From Vitrella brassicaformis CCMP3155 (lineage: Eukaryota > Protista > Chromerida): a stretch of 64,000 nt of DNA. Made by a program: the position numbers and the translations under genes. Numbering within the stretch: the first letter of the stretch is position 1; every line of letters begins with the position of its first letter. Below the pieces are notes generated by a model. The model was not told the DNA's origin, did not search any database, and worked only from the letters and a program-made list of their open reading frames with translations. Positions 61,722 through 64,000 of the stretch are shown here, piece by piece. The DNA lies in contig CDMY01000624.1 of the NCBI GenBank assembly GCA_001179505.1, positions 124,001 through 188,000 of the forward strand, read 5' to 3'.

Positions 61722-62064
61722 TCGTTGATGACGGATCTGTCGGTCTTTTTGTCGTCTGTGTAAACTGACCTTCTCATCTGCCGAAGCAGCCCGTATTCAT
61801 CCATCATGACAAACAGGGCCATCCATCCAGCAGCTCGCAAATCAGCGGGACTCGGTGCTCCCTCTGCGGCGGGAAAGGACCGAAAGGAGGAGATCTGCTG
61901 CAGAGAAAGGCGATCGTGTCCACAGATGACCGAACAGATGTTGTTTGTTCGGGTGTTTGCAGCGCCTTGGCTGGTTGGTTGGTGCGGTACTTCGGTCTGG
62001 CCGAGCATTCTCGTTCCATCCCACCGTCAGCAGCAGCCCACCTCGGCGGATCCGATCAACCATT

Positions 62065-63529
62065 ATGCCATTCAGAGCGGAGAAAGCCGCAGGTGGAGGC
62101 CACTCCGAGCCTGCTGACCAGGCACCTGCTGATGCCGCACTGGATGAGGAGGAGGTAGGGAGATCTGAGAAGAGGCAATCGAGTGCACTGAATGTCAGTA
62201 TGTGAATGTGACTGTCTGCATGCTGTGGTCGTGCGTGTTGTGTGTGCGCTAATCGATCAGGTGTTGGATTGGACGCCCGAGTTCTACCCTGCGCAGCAGA
62301 ACATAGAGCAACGGAAGCTGCAAGTTTGGGCCAACAGACGACTTCCACTGCCCAAAGTGACGGTGCCAGTTGAGATGCGCCGGTTCTTCTTCGATTCCGC
62401 ATACTCGGCCGGAATCAAGGGCATCTTGGGCAAGTGAGTGAGCAAATACACACATACCTATGCACACACACGAACACACTCCCCAGCCAACACCCCCGCA
62501 ACACCGACCCGCCCACTGTTGTCTTCATGTGTGTTTGATCAATAGGACCTTATCAGTGAGCCGCCGGCCAAGAAACATTACATTAGGTGGCTATTACTTC
62601 TGGCCACTGATGCGTGGGAGGGTGGCACATCCACATCCACATACAAACACACACTCTTACTTGTCGGTCTGTCTGTCTGTCTGTCTGTGTGTTGTGTGTC
62701 GATCAACCACCCACGTACCTAAATGCAGATGTATGAGCTGGTCCGTCAGACCGATTGGCGGGTGGTTGTGTGTGCCGTGGACGGGCCGGACGCCGACGAC
62801 GAGCGTGATGATGGCGATGGCGACGATGACTCATGTGACCCGGAGTGGGACGAGGACGACGAGGAAGAGGTGGTGGTGGAGGAGGAGGAGGAGGACGTAT
62901 TCACCCTCCTCGTCATCGAAAAGGATGGCCTCAACCTCAAAATTAATAGCGAAGGGTCAGCCAGCGTGTGTGGCTTGACAGCCAGACAGCCAGACAGCCA
63001 GACAGCCAGACAGCCAGACAGCCAGACAGCAGACAGACAGACAGACAGGCAGACAGACAGGGAGGGAGGAGGGAGGCTGCGATGTTCGTGCCTGTGTCCA
63101 TTTACGATGTGTGTGTGTGTGGATGTGTGCAGCGACGGGACGCTGTTTGCCGTGCTGATGGGCGTCCAGCTGAGCAACAAGGCTTACGACGACCTGATAC
63201 GGCTCATGCGTGATCGGGGCATCAAGCAATGTGCATGTGTCATCGAGGAGAGGTGGTACTGCAATTACTTGGACTACGACACCAGTAAGCTGGTGAGCAC
63301 CATGGATTCCCCCATCAATCTGGTTGATGACAGCGGGATGGGCGCGCAGAAGGCGATCGACTACATTCTGGATCGCCTGCAGCACCCAGACAAGAAGGAA
63401 GACCCAGAGGGCTTTCAGGAGCCCCCCATAGACCCAGAGGACTTTGCGGAGTTCCTGGCGGCGGCTATGGGGGGAAAGAGACGCAGAGAGATTAGACTGA
63501 TTGACTCGATCACTGGCACGCCCATTTAG
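62065..63529 (+). CDS. Hypothetical protein with an acidic low-complexity insert
   Basis: MPFRAEKAAGG...DEEE|VLDWTPEFYP...; MYELVRQTDWRVVVCAVDG, then a poly-D/E tract, then DGTLFAVLMGVQLSN...LIDSITGTPI stop. Confidence 0.7.
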
Positions 63530-63921
63530 CTACTGCACATGTACATAACTGGATGGACGGATCGATCGTGTGTATGGTGCCGTCCGTGTACATCTATGGC
63601 CCAGCCAGGCAGGCGTTTGGACAGCTGGAATGAATGAGGAAGAAACGACACAGACGTGGAAGGAAGGATCAACTCCATGACAGTTCGCTCGAGTCGCTGA
63701 GATGGCGGAGAGCGATATGAATCGCAACAAACAAAGCGTTTCCTTGACGAAGCCAAGAGGAGACACCGAATGACTTAGCTTAGCAAGCAGTAGAGCAACC
63801 GTCTCTCTCAGGCAGTATGGACATGAGACATGTCTGCAATACGCCATTTGCCATTGGGTCTGCCTGCCTTAGGGCTCAGCATACTTCATTTGGCATATGT
63901 GATCCCCAGCAATCGACAATC

Positions 63922-64000
63922 CTATCCCTTCTTATCCATCCACTTGGCCATGAGAACATCCGAGTACCGCTGTGTCTCGAAGAAACGCCCGTACTTCCCC
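63922..64000 (-). CDS. Possible 3' end of a gene running off the window
   Basis: Open frame GKYGRFFETQRYSDVLMAKWMDKKG with TAG at 63922-63924. Too short to verify. Confidence 0.3.
   Translation of the reverse strand, partial: GKYGRFFETQRYSDVLMAKWMDKKG

Noticed and set aside
1-64000. CRISPR arrays, rRNA genes, tRNA genes, intact transposase or reverse-transcriptase ORFs
   Set aside because: No repeat-spacer arrays, rRNA-like blocks, cloverleafs or RT/DDE motifs were seen by eye; tRNAscan-SE and Infernal would be needed to exclude short RNAs.

Overview
Eukaryotic, intron-rich, GC-rich genomic DNA. Introns are short, GT-AG and full of (CA)n, (TCTG)n and (GGAT)n microsatellites, and there are four 300-N scaffold gaps, each next to a G/C homopolymer run. 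Intron style, gene families and two plastid-targeted proteins point to a chromerid alga such as Vitrella brassicaformis (inference). I assembled about 20 spliced genes by hand. Recognisable ones: a calpain with two domain-III units, a tandem CCCH zinc-finger plus SH3 protein, a sodium:solute symporter, CC2D2A/MKS6, a Crinkler-like P-loop NTPase plus PD-(D/E)xK nuclease, an F-box/LRR protein, a plastid-targeted mTERF-repeat protein, a Venus-flytrap plus Cys-rich plus multi-TM receptor, an importin-beta family member and a plastid-targeted lumazine synthase. Several lineage-specific F-box-like or hypothetical genes are also present. Non-coding features are a two-copy ~230 bp dispersed repeat, a 68-nt hairpin and telomere-like motifs in intergenic regions. 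Best novelty candidates: the class-C-GPCR-like receptor architecture, the CCCH-CCCH-SH3 fusion, the Crinkler-like NTPase-nuclease and a superfamily of divergent F-box-like proteins with a shared fold. Exon boundaries were read by eye and gene ends marked approximate are uncertain. No database searches were run.
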